Shown: positions 43,838-53,824 of the stretch, piece by piece
How the letters are laid out: every line of letters starts with the position of its first letter
Position numbering within the stretch: position 1 is the first letter of the stretch
Origin: an uncultured candidatus Porisulfidus sp.
GTDB taxonomy: Bacteria; Pseudomonadota; Gammaproteobacteria; Poriferisulfidales; Oxydemutatoraceae
Length of the DNA: 64,000 nt
Assembly: GCA_965215125.1 (NCBI GenBank)
Contig: OZ244052.1
Location: 1,920,001 to 1,984,000, forward strand
Reading direction: 5' to 3'
Notes under the pieces: model-generated
What the model was told of the DNA's origin: nothing
The model's input: only the letters and a program-made list of their open reading frames with translations
Database searches by the model: none
Translations under genes and position numbers: made by a program

Positions 43838-45272
43838 TCTTTGTATTTCGTTTTTTTCTGTTTTTTATTTTTTCGCGTCGTTCCTTTAAGGTTACGCCGC
43901 CTTCCTTGAAAGTAGTGAGGTCTTCTTCTTTAGGTTCTACGGCACATCCCCAAAGCAATTCTTCGTCCTGATTGTAACGCTTTCCTAGCTGCCATGCAAT
44001 CTGCGCTCGCCCTAATTCCACTCCCAAGTAAAAGGCGTGTCCGCCGTCGTCCGAGACACCCAGCTCGGTATAAAAATCAAAAGGATCGGTTGCAACTTTA
44101 TAGAGATCGCAGTTATATATATGTATACCCTCTTCGTTGAGCTGTATTCTGAAATTTTTATCTTTGATAGACTCGGCAATGGTTTTAATCTCCTCCGTAC
44201 TGTAAGGAAAAGGGTGTCGTTCGTGCAATGCCATCAAACCACTTGCGATATTCGCAGGCGTGGAGCTGTGGCGACGCGCTGCATACATAATGCGCCTTGC
44301 CAAATCGGCTTCTCGTATCGCACAGCGGCAGTGTTCGCTAACTTGGGTGGTCAATAAGTATCTAATGTCAAGTTCCGATACGATTCCCAATAGCAATGCA
44401 TTGATGCCCGAGGTGTCGGCGTGTGTTAGTTCGGTTAGATTGCCGATTCCCATCATTATTTCTATATGCGGATGATCGTGGCGCAAGCGGTGGTAGCGTG
44501 CCACAGAATCGCTAAATCCGTAATGTATGGGATCTAGAATAGGGTCGGCGATAAATGCTCTATTTTTTTTCTCCAGTCTTTCTATGCAGTTATAAAGTGT
44601 TTCTATCTGTTGCGGTGTGTCCGGGATCACGATAGGTATCGCCTCGCTTTCGTCGGCGACCCATAGCGTGTTTTGTTTTAGGCTGAGCAGATAATCTGCG
44701 CCGTACTGTGATGCCTGTAACAGCTGTTCGGTGTTATGCGTATCTACGCTGACCTTGAAACGATGTTCTTTGAGCAAACTAATCGTATCTTTGAGTTGCG
44801 GAAAAGGTGTTTCCGGCATAAACCCTATATCTATCACATCGGCACCGTCGGCTCTGTAACGTTGCGCAATATTCAGAGTCTCTTCCGGCGACTGCTCGGC
44901 AGCTTCGACTATCTCACCGAAGATCAACACATCCGAGTCTTCCAAATCGTAATGATGTGTTTTACCGAAGAGTGATGGAATGTCCTTGAGTTCGTCGGGC
45001 CCGCGTTCAAACGGAATACGGAAATGAGAGTAAAGTTCGTCTAAGTCACCGCGAAAAAGACCCGGTAAAATAATTCTGTCAAATTGATCTATGTCTTTTA
45101 ATCTTCGTTTGATGATATTCGTGGTCATCATAGAAGCGACGCTTAAACCTAAATTACGGACATCGTATGTAAATGCGTCGCTTTGCATGTCCTCTAAGAT
45201 ACGAACCAACCCCGAATAAGCGAGTTTACCGGTTAGAAATAGGATATGCTCTTTGTTTTTAATATCAGTCAT
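43824..45272 (-). CDS. Dihydropteroate synthase-related pterin-binding protein (Orf20-type)
   Basis: ILFLTGKLA, RGPDELKDIP, GADVIDIG, DPILDPIHYGF, MGIGNLTELTHAD, HAFYLGVELGRAQIAWQLGKRYNQDE. Confidence 0.88.
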   Translation of the reverse strand: MTDIKNKEHILFLTGKLAYSGLVRILEDMQSDAFTYDVRNLGLSVASMMTTNIIKRRLKDIDQFDRIILPGLFRGDLDELYSHFRIPFERGPDELKDIPSLFGKTHHYDLEDSDVLIFGEIVEAAEQSPEETLNIAQRYRADGADVIDIGFMPETPFPQLKDTISLLKEHRFKVSVDTHNTEQLLQASQYGADYLLSLKQNTLWVADESEAIPIVIPDTPQQIETLYNCIERLEKKNRAFIADPILDPIHYGFSDSVARYHRLRHDHPHIEIMMGIGNLTELTHADTSGINALLLGIVSELDIRYLLTTQVSEHCRCAIREADLARRIMYAARRHSSTPANIASGLMALHERHPFPYSTEEIKTIAESIKDKNFRIQLNEEGIHIYNCDLYKVATDPFDFYTELGVSDDGGHAFYLGVELGRAQIAWQLGKRYNQDEELLWGCAVEPKEEDLTTFKEGGVTLKERREKIKNRKKRNTKNEDT

Positions 45273-45297
45273 AATAAACTTGAGTTATCGGATAATT

Positions 45298-45326
45298 TTG
45301 GAATATTTTGAGGGTGTATATATAAT
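45298..45326 (+). promoter_or_regulatory. Putative sigma70 promoter of the sulfotransferase array (TTGGAA-N17-TATAAT)
   Basis: TTGGAA at 45298-45303, 17-bp spacer, perfect TATAAT at 45321-45326, in the divergent intergenic region. The AT-rich context lowers specificity. Confidence 0.45.
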
Positions 45327-45388
45327 AGCTAATTCTCGAGTTAGATACTTAAAAAACACACATTTTAATACTTATTTTATCAATATCC

Positions 45389-46312
45389 ATGATGCGTGAC
45401 ACTGAATCACCTTATTATAGAACGCCCGTACCCGACAAAAGCTATTTTGACAAACTCAACACGATGGTGTTGGTATCTACTTTTCCTCGCTCCGGTTCGA
45501 CATTACTCGGCTATTTACTAACCGCCCATTGCAATATGGTGGTAGCTAGCGAACCGAACAACTACAAAGAAAATCTATATAGTGAAGTGCCCCCGATGGC
45601 ATTAATAAATTATATTTTATATGTAGACAAAATGAGGTTTGAAGAAGCGGAAAATGCTCGTTCTACGGAAAAGCCACAGGAAACCTCTATATCCGATAAT
45701 ACTATAAAGAGGACTTATAACAAGCGAGAACGTTATATGTTTGTTCCTAATCAATGGCAGGCATGTTGCGAGTCGTTGCGCGTTATAGGAATTAAAAATT
45801 CATCGGTATTGGCGAGGCATCTATCGGAGGAAGATATATATGAAAAATTCAAGCTAAAACTTCATAAATTAGGAATTCATCGTTTGAAGTTTATTTTTAC
45901 AGTACGAAACCCTTACGATATGATCAGCACGGATATAGTGCATCGAGCCGGAAATCCGAAAATGGCTTCTTTCACCGAGGAGCAGAAACATAGCCTAATA
46001 ACTAAAAAAGTAAAAAATCAATTTGTAAAACGATGCGAAATAGCTAAAAAGATTTTTAAATTAACTAGAGATAAGGATATATTTATAAATAGGCACGAGG
46101 ATATGGTGGCTTCACCCATAGACCAGCTGAGCAAGCTATGCGATTTCCTGAAAGTGCCGGCATTTCCCGATTATCTTAATGATTGTGCGTCCGTGGTTCA
46201 TAAAAAATCCAACAAAAGCCGCCATGAACTGGATTGGTCGGGGCAACAAAAGGAAGAGGTAGCGAAACTGATAGATAAATATCACTTCCTTTCCGGCTAC
46301 AGCTGGGATTGA
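45389..46312 (+). CDS. Sulfotransferase family protein, array copy 1
   Basis: 5'-PSB-like FPRSGSTLL, 3'-PB-like FIFTVRNPYDMIST, RHEDMV...LCDFL. Confidence 0.85.
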   Translation: MMRDTESPYYRTPVPDKSYFDKLNTMVLVSTFPRSGSTLLGYLLTAHCNMVVASEPNNYKENLYSEVPPMALINYILYVDKMRFEEAENARSTEKPQETSISDNTIKRTYNKRERYMFVPNQWQACCESLRVIGIKNSSVLARHLSEEDIYEKFKLKLHKLGIHRLKFIFTVRNPYDMISTDIVHRAGNPKMASFTEEQKHSLITKKVKNQFVKRCEIAKKIFKLTRDKDIFINRHEDMVASPIDQLSKLCDFLKVPAFPDYLNDCASVVHKKSNKSRHELDWSGQQKEEVAKLIDKYHFLSGYSWD

Positions 46313-46632
46313 TAACAAACACTCAAAAGATTATTTATGTCCGACCGTATTGATTCACAAGATTATGAAATGCCTGCACTCGACACAGCGTATTTTAAGG
46401 ATATACGTATATTCGTATCAACGATAGGATTTCATAGAAGCGGTTCATCACTAGTCGGTTATTTACTGACCGCACATCGCAATATAATAATCGCTCATGA
46501 ACCTCGTATCAAAAATACGGATCTATACGAATTAACTGCAAAAGAATTATTTAATTGGATTATTGCAAAAGATAAAAATAGATTTAGAGCTGCAAAAGAA
46601 TTTATTGAAAATAGTCAAAAATCTTCATCACT

Positions 46633-47948
46633 GAGACTGTAATTTAAATTGTGTAAGTTCTAATTAAGATAAACTAGGTGGCAACACCAAACTAATAAAG
46701 GAGAACTTATGAAAGATATAAAAAGCATCGGGAAAGAATTATCCCGTCATGTAAAGACCCAACAAGAGATGACCGATATCATCGGTCAGTTGATTAAGTC
46801 AATGATGGAAGGCATACTCAATGCGGAGCTGGACGACCATCTCGGCTATGAGAAAAACGACAAAGCATCCAAGCGTAGAAAGAATACCCGCAACGGGCAT
46901 AGTGCCAAGACCTTAAAGACCAATTATGGGGATATAACGATACAGACACCGCGAGATCGGGAGGCGTCGTTTGAACCGATGATTGTGCCGAAAGGGAAAA
47001 CCCGTTTAGACGGATTTGAGGATACGATATTGGCACTCTATGCGCAAGGGATGACGGTGCGACAGATACAAGAGTCGATTAAAGAGTTGTATCATGGTGC
47101 GGAGATTTCTACTGCGGTTATCTCGAATGTCACCGATGCGGTGATAGACGAGGTGCGGACTTGGCAGAGCCGAGTGTTAGAGTGCCTCTATGTGGTGATG
47201 TATCTGGATTGCATCGTCGTCAAAGTGCGAGAGCAAGGCCGTATCATTAACAAGTCGATCTATGTTGCACTGGGCATAAAGCGCAGTGGACGCAAGGAAT
47301 TACTCGGGTTGTGGATTGCCGAGACCGAAAGTGCTAAGTTCTGGTTAGCGATATTAACCGAGCTACAAAATCGGGGTGTGAAAGATATCTTGATCTGTTG
47401 CATAGATGGTCTGAAGGGTTTCGCAGAGGCGATTGCCAGCGTCTATCCGCAGGCAAAAATACAACTGTGTCTAGTCCACATGATGAGAAACTCGCTACGC
47501 TATGTTGCGACTAAAGATAAGAAAGCAGTCTCGGCAGCGTTAAAGAAGATATACAATAGTCCTACGGCGCAGGCTGCCGAGCAGGCGTTAGATGAGTTTG
47601 CCGATTGCTGGTCGGCAAAATATCCGAGTGTTGAGCGGTCGTGGCGCAATAACTGGGACAACCTGATTACGTTATTTGATTACCCGCCGGAGATTAGAAA
47701 AATTATCTATACAACGAATGCGATAGAAAGTCTCAATAGCGTGATTAGAAAATCCATCCGCAACCGGAAGATATTCCCGAGCGACCAATCGGCATTGAAA
47801 GTAGTTTATTTGGCAATCAAAAAAGCCTCTGCTCGCTGGACGCTGCCGATACGAAATTGGATACCGGCGATGAACCGATTAGCTATTGAATACGAAGGTA
47901 GATTTGATATTGAGGAAAACGAAGTTACACAAAATAGTTAACAGGCTC
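46633..47948 (+). mobile_element. IS256-family insertion sequence, 1316 bp
   Basis: 28-bp imperfect terminal IRs (46633-46660 gagactgtaatttaaattgtgtaagttc; 47921-47948; 21/28 match). 8-bp target duplication tcatcact at 46625-46632 and 47949-47956. Confidence 0.95.
46709..47941 (+). CDS. IS256-family (Mutator-like DDE) transposase
   Basis: ELDDHLGYEK, RNGH, PRDREASFEP, YLDCIVVKVR, DGLKGF, QLCLVH, IYTTNAIESLN. Intact 410 aa, RBS AAGGAG. Confidence 0.96.
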   Translation: MKDIKSIGKELSRHVKTQQEMTDIIGQLIKSMMEGILNAELDDHLGYEKNDKASKRRKNTRNGHSAKTLKTNYGDITIQTPRDREASFEPMIVPKGKTRLDGFEDTILALYAQGMTVRQIQESIKELYHGAEISTAVISNVTDAVIDEVRTWQSRVLECLYVVMYLDCIVVKVREQGRIINKSIYVALGIKRSGRKELLGLWIAETESAKFWLAILTELQNRGVKDILICCIDGLKGFAEAIASVYPQAKIQLCLVHMMRNSLRYVATKDKKAVSAALKKIYNSPTAQAAEQALDEFADCWSAKYPSVERSWRNNWDNLITLFDYPPEIRKIIYTTNAIESLNSVIRKSIRNRKIFPSDQSALKVVYLAIKKASARWTLPIRNWIPAMNRLAIEYEGRFDIEENEVTQNS

Positions 47949-48596
47949 TCATCACTAAATAAAAGTGAGTCCAAATCAGGGTATGGTGCAAAAAGCAAAT
48001 ATGTGATGGTTCCTAATCAATGGCAAACCCGCTGTGAGTCTTTGCAGGTGATCGGGGTTAAGCGTTCTGCATATATGAACTGCGTCTCAAACATAGACAT
48101 ACTAGAGACTTTTAGGGAAAATCTTAGCGAGGAATCAGTTAGTTGCTTAAAGTTCATTTTTACTGTGCGTAATCCTTACGATATGATTAATACCAGTATG
48201 AGATATAAGGCTAAAAAAGGCAAGATAAAAACGGCAACACAAGTTGATATAGGGAAAATACTGCATAAAAGAATAAAAAATTTCGCGGAAGTATGTAAAA
48301 AGATAGAGGTTATTTTTGCGTTAATTAAAGCCGAGGATATATTTATAAATAGGCATGAGGATATGGTGGCTTCACCCGTAGACCAGCTGAGCAAGCTATG
48401 CGATTTCCTGAAAGTGCCGGCATTTCCCGATTATCTTAATGATTGTGCGTCCGTGGTTGATAAAAAAGCCAACAAAAGCCGTTATGAACTGGATTGGTCG
48501 GAGCAACAAAAGGAAGAGGTAGCGGAACTGATAGATAAATATCACTTCCTTTCCGGCTACAGCTGGGATTCATAACAAACACTTATAGGATTATTT

Positions 48597-49517
48597 ATGT
48601 CCGATCGTACTTCTCCCTCGAGATTAAAAATGTCTGCACACGATACGACACCCTTTGAGAATGTACATACATTTGTATCAACGATAGGCTTTAATAGAAG
48701 CGGTTCATCCCTAGTCGGTTCTTTACTCACCGCACATCGCAATATGATAGTTGCCCATGAGCCTCGTCAAAGGAGACCTATATCTATATTCAAAATTGAT
48801 CCTTTGGTGTTATTTTATTTCCTTCTTGTAAGAGATACGGAGAGAAATAGAACCATAAAAAAATGTATTGAAAATAGCGAAAAATCTTTATCACTAAATA
48901 AAAGCGAGTTCAAAACAAGGTATTATACAAGAAACAAATATATGATAGTTCCCAATCAGTGGCAAGCCCGCTATGAGTCTTTGCAAGTTATAGGAATTAA
49001 AGATTCTCCATGCATACAAAAGCAATTATTAAAAGCAGGCATGTTAAAAACTTTTAGGGAAAATCTTAAAAAGGAATCGGTTAGTTGCTTAAAGTTTATT
49101 TTCATGGTTCGCAACCCTTACGATTTAATTAGTAGTGATACAATTCATTACGCTCAGACGAATTATCTTAGAAAGTTAACACAAGATAATATGAATAAGA
49201 GCCTGTGTAATCTGATGAGGAAGTTCCATAGAAAATGCAGAATAGTGAAGTATCCTTTTACGGTGATTAAAGCCGAGGATATATTTATAAATAGGCATGA
49301 GGATATGGTGGCTTCACCCGTAGACCAGCTGAGTAAGCTATGCGATTTTCTGGGCGTACCGGCACTTCCCGATTATCTTAATGATTGTGCGTCCGTGGTT
49401 GATAAAAAAGCCAACAAAAGCCGTTATGAACTGGATTGGTCGGAGCAACAAAAGGAAGAGGTAGCGAAGCTCATAGATAAATATCACTTCCTTTCCGGCT
49501 ACAGCTGGGATTCATAA
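48597..49517 (+). CDS. Sulfotransferase family protein, array copy 3
   Basis: GFNRSGSSLV, VPNQWQ, VRNPYDLISS. Confidence 0.85.
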   Translation: MSDRTSPSRLKMSAHDTTPFENVHTFVSTIGFNRSGSSLVGSLLTAHRNMIVAHEPRQRRPISIFKIDPLVLFYFLLVRDTERNRTIKKCIENSEKSLSLNKSEFKTRYYTRNKYMIVPNQWQARYESLQVIGIKDSPCIQKQLLKAGMLKTFRENLKKESVSCLKFIFMVRNPYDLISSDTIHYAQTNYLRKLTQDNMNKSLCNLMRKFHRKCRIVKYPFTVIKAEDIFINRHEDMVASPVDQLSKLCDFLGVPALPDYLNDCASVVDKKANKSRYELDWSEQQKEEVAKLIDKYHFLSGYSWDS

Positions 49518-49538
49518 CAAACACTTATAGGATTATTT

Positions 49539-50459
49539 ATGCCCGACCGTACTCTTCCCCGAGATTATAAAACACCTGCATCCGACGCAGCGTATTTTAG
49601 GGATGTACATACATTCGTATCAACAATAGGCTTTCATAGAAGCGGTTCATCCCTAGTCGGTTATTTACTGACCGCACACCGCAATATGATAATTGCCCAC
49701 GAGCTTCATGACAAATATAAAAATCTATACGAAGTCGATCCAAAAGAGTTATTTAATTATATTTTTCTAAGGGATAGAAATAAATTTAGAATAGCAAAAG
49801 AATTTATTGAAAACACCGAAAAATCTTCGTCATTAAATAAAAGTGAGTCCAAATCAAGGTACGGTGCGGGAAACAAATATGTGATAGTTCCTAATCAATG
49901 GCAAGCTCGCTGTGAATCTTTACAGGTGATAGGAGTGAAATGTTCCTCATACTCAACTAATCACCTATCAAAAATAAATATATTAAAGACTTTTAGGGAA
50001 AATCTTAAGAAGAAATCGATTAATCGCTTAAAGTTTATTTTCACGGTGCGCAACCCTTACGATATGATTACCACCAATGTAGCATATTGGGCTAATAATA
50101 AGAGAATTAGAACGGTGACACAGAACGATGTAAATATGGTATTGGACTATAATGTGAAAGTACGCCTCCCTGAAATATGTAAAGGGGCAGAGAGTCTTTT
50201 TACGGTGATTAAAACCGAGGATATATTCATAAATAGACACGAAGATATGGTGGCTTCACCGGTAGGCCAGCTGAGCAAGCTATGCGATTTCCTAAAAGTA
50301 CCGGCGTTTCCCGATTATCTTAATGATTGTGCGTCCGTGGTTGATAAAAAAGCCAACAAAAGCCGTTATGAAGTGGATTGGTCGGAGCAACAAAAGGAAG
50401 AGGTGGCGGAACTGATAGATAAATATCACTTCCTTTCCGGCTACAGCTGGGATTCATAA
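49539..50459 (+). CDS. Sulfotransferase family protein, array copy 4
   Basis: GFHRSGSSLV, VPNQWQ, VRNPYDMITT. Confidence 0.85.
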   Translation: MPDRTLPRDYKTPASDAAYFRDVHTFVSTIGFHRSGSSLVGYLLTAHRNMIIAHELHDKYKNLYEVDPKELFNYIFLRDRNKFRIAKEFIENTEKSSSLNKSESKSRYGAGNKYVIVPNQWQARCESLQVIGVKCSSYSTNHLSKINILKTFRENLKKKSINRLKFIFTVRNPYDMITTNVAYWANNKRIRTVTQNDVNMVLDYNVKVRLPEICKGAESLFTVIKTEDIFINRHEDMVASPVGQLSKLCDFLKVPAFPDYLNDCASVVDKKANKSRYEVDWSEQQKEEVAELIDKYHFLSGYSWDS

Positions 50460-50480
50460 CAAATACTTACAGGATTATTT

Positions 50481-51428
50481 ATGCCCGATCGTACTCTTCC
50501 ACAAGATTATGAAATACCTGCACCCGACGCAGCGTATTTTGACGATATACATACGATGACACTGGTATCGTATTTTCCCAGATCCGGTTCATCGCTACTC
50601 GGTTATTTACTTACCGCACATCCCAATATGGTTATAGCTAATGAGCCTGCCCGACCGGATGAGACATTATATGACAAAGTTCCTTTTATAGTTTTACTGA
50701 ATTATATTTTATATATAGATAAAATGAGATTTGAGGGTGCGAGAAAAATTCGGGATCCACAGACTTTTGAGGAGGCCTCGGACTCGAATAATTCGGTAAA
50801 AAGAACTTATAATCAGCAAGAACGTTATATATCTGTTCCTAATCAATGGCAGGCCCGTTGCGAGTCGTTGAAAGTAATAGGTATTAAAAACTCATTACCG
50901 TTGGCAGAGAGTTTATTAGCGGAGGGGATGTTAGAAAAGCTAAAAGAGAATCTCAAACAAGCAAATATTCGTCGCTTGAGGTTTATTTTCACGGTGCGTA
51001 ATCCTTATGATATGATTGCCACCGATGTAGTCTATTGGGCAGGTAATAGAAGGCTTAGAGTGGTAACACAGGATGATGTGAATAAGATGCTAGATTATAA
51101 AATAAAGATATCGTTTCCTATTATGTGCAAGCAAGGGAAAAAACTACTGGAGCTAATGCAACCGACGAATATGCTAAGCAAAAATACGGATATACTGATA
51201 AATAGGCACGAAGATTTAGTCGCTTCTCCCGCTAAACAACTAACCAAGCTATGCAAATTCCTAAAAGTGTCTTATCCCCGCGATTATTTGGAAGATTGTG
51301 CTTCGGTAATTCGCAAAAAAACTAATAAAAGCCGTCATGAACTGCACTGGTCGGACGAGCAAAAGGAAGAAGTAAGAAAAATAATTAACGAATACGATTT
51401 CTTCTCGGGCTACAACTGGGATATATAA
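50481..51428 (+). CDS. Sulfotransferase family protein, array copy 5
   Basis: YFPRSGSSLL, VPNQWQ, VRNPYDMIAT. The 3' end is diverged from copies 1-4. Confidence 0.85.
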   Translation: MPDRTLPQDYEIPAPDAAYFDDIHTMTLVSYFPRSGSSLLGYLLTAHPNMVIANEPARPDETLYDKVPFIVLLNYILYIDKMRFEGARKIRDPQTFEEASDSNNSVKRTYNQQERYISVPNQWQARCESLKVIGIKNSLPLAESLLAEGMLEKLKENLKQANIRRLRFIFTVRNPYDMIATDVVYWAGNRRLRVVTQDDVNKMLDYKIKISFPIMCKQGKKLLELMQPTNMLSKNTDILINRHEDLVASPAKQLTKLCKFLKVSYPRDYLEDCASVIRKKTNKSRHELHWSDEQKEEVRKIINEYDFFSGYNWDI

Positions 51429-51456
51429 ACAAAGTGTATGAGGGATACAAACGCTT

Positions 51457-53481
51457 GTGCTTCAAAAAATGTTTAAGCTGAAAAGTAGCTATACACCTTC
51501 GGGTGATCAACCACAGGCCATAAAAGAATTGACCCGAGGTCTGAGAGACAACTTATCGCATTTGACGCTGCTGGGTGTGACGGGTTCGGGCAAAACCTTT
51601 ACGATTGCAAATGTCGTAGAACAAGTACAACGCCCGACGATAGTATTGGCCCCTAATAAGACTTTGGCAGCACAGCTTTACGGTGAACTAAAGGATTTTT
51701 TCCCTGATGCTGCAGTAGAATATTTTGTTTCGTATTACGATTACTATCAACCCGAGGCTTATGTGCCGAGTAGCGACACCTATATAGAAAAAGATGCATC
51801 GGTGAACGATCATATAGAGCAGATGCGGCTATCGGCAACCAAGGCTTTGTTTGAACGCGCCGACACCGTAATCGTAGGCACGGTATCGGCAATTTACGGC
51901 TTGGGTGATCCTAAAAAATACCTGCATATGGTTATCCATTTAGATAGAGGCGATGCGATTACCCAACGCAAAATCCTAAAACGCTTAGCCGAACTGCAAT
52001 ATACACGAAACGATATAGAACTCAGACGCGGTTGTTTCAGGGTGCGCGGTGATGTAATCGACGTGCACCCCGCAGAATCCGAGCGAGAAGCGGTTCGCAT
52101 AGAGTTATTCGACGACGAAATAGAAAAGTTAAGCTACTTTGATCCTTTGACCGGCGAAGTTTTGGGTAGTGTGCCGCGTTTGACGATTTATCCCAAGTCG
52201 CACTATGTGACACCTAGGCAAACGATACTCGATGCGATAGAGCAAATTAAAGTAGAACTTCGCACGCAACTTGATTTATTGACTCGCTCCAACAAGCTCG
52301 TAGAGGCTCAACGTTTGGAACAACGTACGATTTACGATATAGAAATGATGTACGAGCTCGGCTATTGCTCGGGTATAGAGAATTATTCGCGTTATTTGAG
52401 TGGTCGCGGTGCCGGACAGCCACCGCCTTGCTTGCTCGATTATTTGCCCGAAAATGCGTTGATGGTAATGGACGAGAGTCATGTTTCCATACCACAGTTT
52501 ATGGGAATGTACAGAGGCGATCATTCGCGTAAAAAAAATCTGGTTGAGTACGGTTTCAGGTTGCCTTCGGCACTCGACAATCGCCCGTTAAAGTTCGAGG
52601 AATTCGAAGCACTTGCCCCGCAGATGATACTGGTTTCGGCAACCCCTGCGCAATACGAAAAAGAGCATAGCGGTATCGTTGCCGAGCAGGTTGTACGACC
52701 TACCGGATTGATAGATCCTCAAACCGATGTCCGACCGGTTACTTCGCAGGTAGACGATGTGTTATCCGAAATTAATAAACGAGTGGCGCGCGACGAACGC
52801 GTATTGATTACCACCTTAACGAAGCGGATGGCAGAAGACTTGACCGACTATTTGAGTGAACACGATGTGCGGGTGCGCTATCTACATTCGGATGTAGATA
52901 CCGTTGAACGCGTGGAGATTATCCGCGATCTCAGGCTGGGCATATTCGATGTATTGGTAGGTATCAATCTATTGCGTGAAGGTTTGGATATTCCGGAGGT
53001 TTCTCTGGTTGCAATACTCGACGCAGATAAAGAAGGTTATTTACGTTCCGAGACTTCTTTGGTGCAGACTATCGGGCGTGCCGCTCGCCATATCAACGGG
53101 ACGGCAATACTCTATGCCGATAAAATCACCCGTTCGATGAAAGCGGCTTTGGTAGAGACCAAGCGTCGCCGAGACAAGCAACGAGAATTTAATAAACGCC
53201 ACGGTATTTCTCCGCAAGGCATACATAAGAAAGTTACCGATGTCATGGAAGGCGCACATCTAAAGCAAGTCGGCAATAAGAAACGTCGTCGAGTTGCTGA
53301 AATAAAAATAGCCGATTACGATACGCTGACACCCGATGAAGCGGTTAAAAAAATCAAAAAGCTGGAAGAGCAAATGTACGCATGTTCGAGAAATCTAGAA
53401 TTTGAAGAAGCTGCACGTCTGCGCGATCAAGCCGCTCTGGTTAAAACGCAAGTATTCGGTGCTACAGAAAAGCAATATTGA
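51457..53481 (+). CDS. uvrB: Excinuclease ABC subunit B
   Basis: [52 protein letters not shown]-terminal [11 protein letters not shown]. Alternative start at ATG 51469. Confidence 0.97.
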   Translation: MLQKMFKLKSSYTPSGDQPQAIKELTRGLRDNLSHLTLLGVTGSGKTFTIANVVEQVQRPTIVLAPNKTLAAQLYGELKDFFPDAAVEYFVSYYDYYQPEAYVPSSDTYIEKDASVNDHIEQMRLSATKALFERADTVIVGTVSAIYGLGDPKKYLHMVIHLDRGDAITQRKILKRLAELQYTRNDIELRRGCFRVRGDVIDVHPAESEREAVRIELFDDEIEKLSYFDPLTGEVLGSVPRLTIYPKSHYVTPRQTILDAIEQIKVELRTQLDLLTRSNKLVEAQRLEQRTIYDIEMMYELGYCSGIENYSRYLSGRGAGQPPPCLLDYLPENALMVMDESHVSIPQFMGMYRGDHSRKKNLVEYGFRLPSALDNRPLKFEEFEALAPQMILVSATPAQYEKEHSGIVAEQVVRPTGLIDPQTDVRPVTSQVDDVLSEINKRVARDERVLITTLTKRMAEDLTDYLSEHDVRVRYLHSDVDTVERVEIIRDLRLGIFDVLVGINLLREGLDIPEVSLVAILDADKEGYLRSETSLVQTIGRAARHINGTAILYADKITRSMKAALVETKRRRDKQREFNKRHGISPQGIHKKVTDVMEGAHLKQVGNKKRRRVAEIKIADYDTLTPDEAVKKIKKLEEQMYACSRNLEFEEAARLRDQAALVKTQVFGATEKQY

Positions 53482-53518
53482 TGAGATTATTTGCCGAATA
53501 AGAAAAACGAGGATTACG

Positions 53519-53824
53519 ATGTCGTATGCCGATGTAATAAAAGCGACGGCGGAACATTGCGCCGACGGGACATACACCTTCAGCGTAACCGTACAGCACG
53601 AAGACGAGGGTTGGAAACACTATGCCGATCGTTGGGAAATCATCGGACCGAACGACGAGGTGTTGGCAACCCGTGTGTTGTTGCACTCCCATGTAGGTGA
53701 AAAATCTTTCACCCGAACCAAAGCCGGCGTATCGATTCCCGAGACCATTGAACGAGTACGAGTGCGAGCGCACGATTCGCTACACGGCTACGGTGGCATT
53801 GAAACCGAGGTTATATTGACCTAA
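53519..53824 (+). CDS. Conserved hypothetical small His-rich beta protein
   Basis: ATG 53519 with RBS GAGGA. Motifs H.DEGWKHYADRWE, RVLLHSHV, FTR, VRAHDSLHGYGG. Confidence 0.7.
   Translation: MSYADVIKATAEHCADGTYTFSVTVQHEDEGWKHYADRWEIIGPNDEVLATRVLLHSHVGEKSFTRTKAGVSIPETIERVRVRAHDSLHGYGGIETEVILT

Larger units (their letters stand above)
46337..48575 (+). pseudogene. Sulfotransferase copy 2, interrupted by the IS256-family element
   Basis: 46337-46632 plus 47957-48575 rejoin in frame (915 bp, 304 aa; ...ENSQKSSSLNKSESKSGYG...), matching copy 4 ENTEKSSSLNKSESKSRYG. Confidence 0.92.
46074..50480 (+). repeat. Four near-identical 263-bp blocks (sulfotransferase 3' end plus intergenic spacer)
   Basis: Blocks at 46074-46336, 48334-48596, 49276-49538 and 50218-50480. 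Each begins aggatatatt and ends ...gattattt immediately before the next ATG. Confidence 0.9.

Noticed and set aside
47938-47965. Hybrid outward promoter from the IS right end (TTAACA...TAAAAG)
   Set aside because: The -10 match is poor and the spacing is 16 bp; not supportable.
47886-48575. 229-aa ORF as an independent gene
   Set aside because: It starts at a TTG inside the IS end and is the 3' part of interrupted copy 2, lacking the 5'-PSB motif.
45389-51428. Diversity-generating retroelement or integron explanation for the sulfotransferase array
   Set aside because: No reverse transcriptase or integrase in the window. The 3' ends are the constant part rather than an adenine-mutated variable repeat, and the 21-24 bp spacers lack attC-like structure.
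51435-51449. Palindrome TGTAT-N5-ATACA upstream of uvrB as an SOS box
   Set aside because: Does not fit the LexA consensus CTGT-N8-ACAG in spacing or outer bases.
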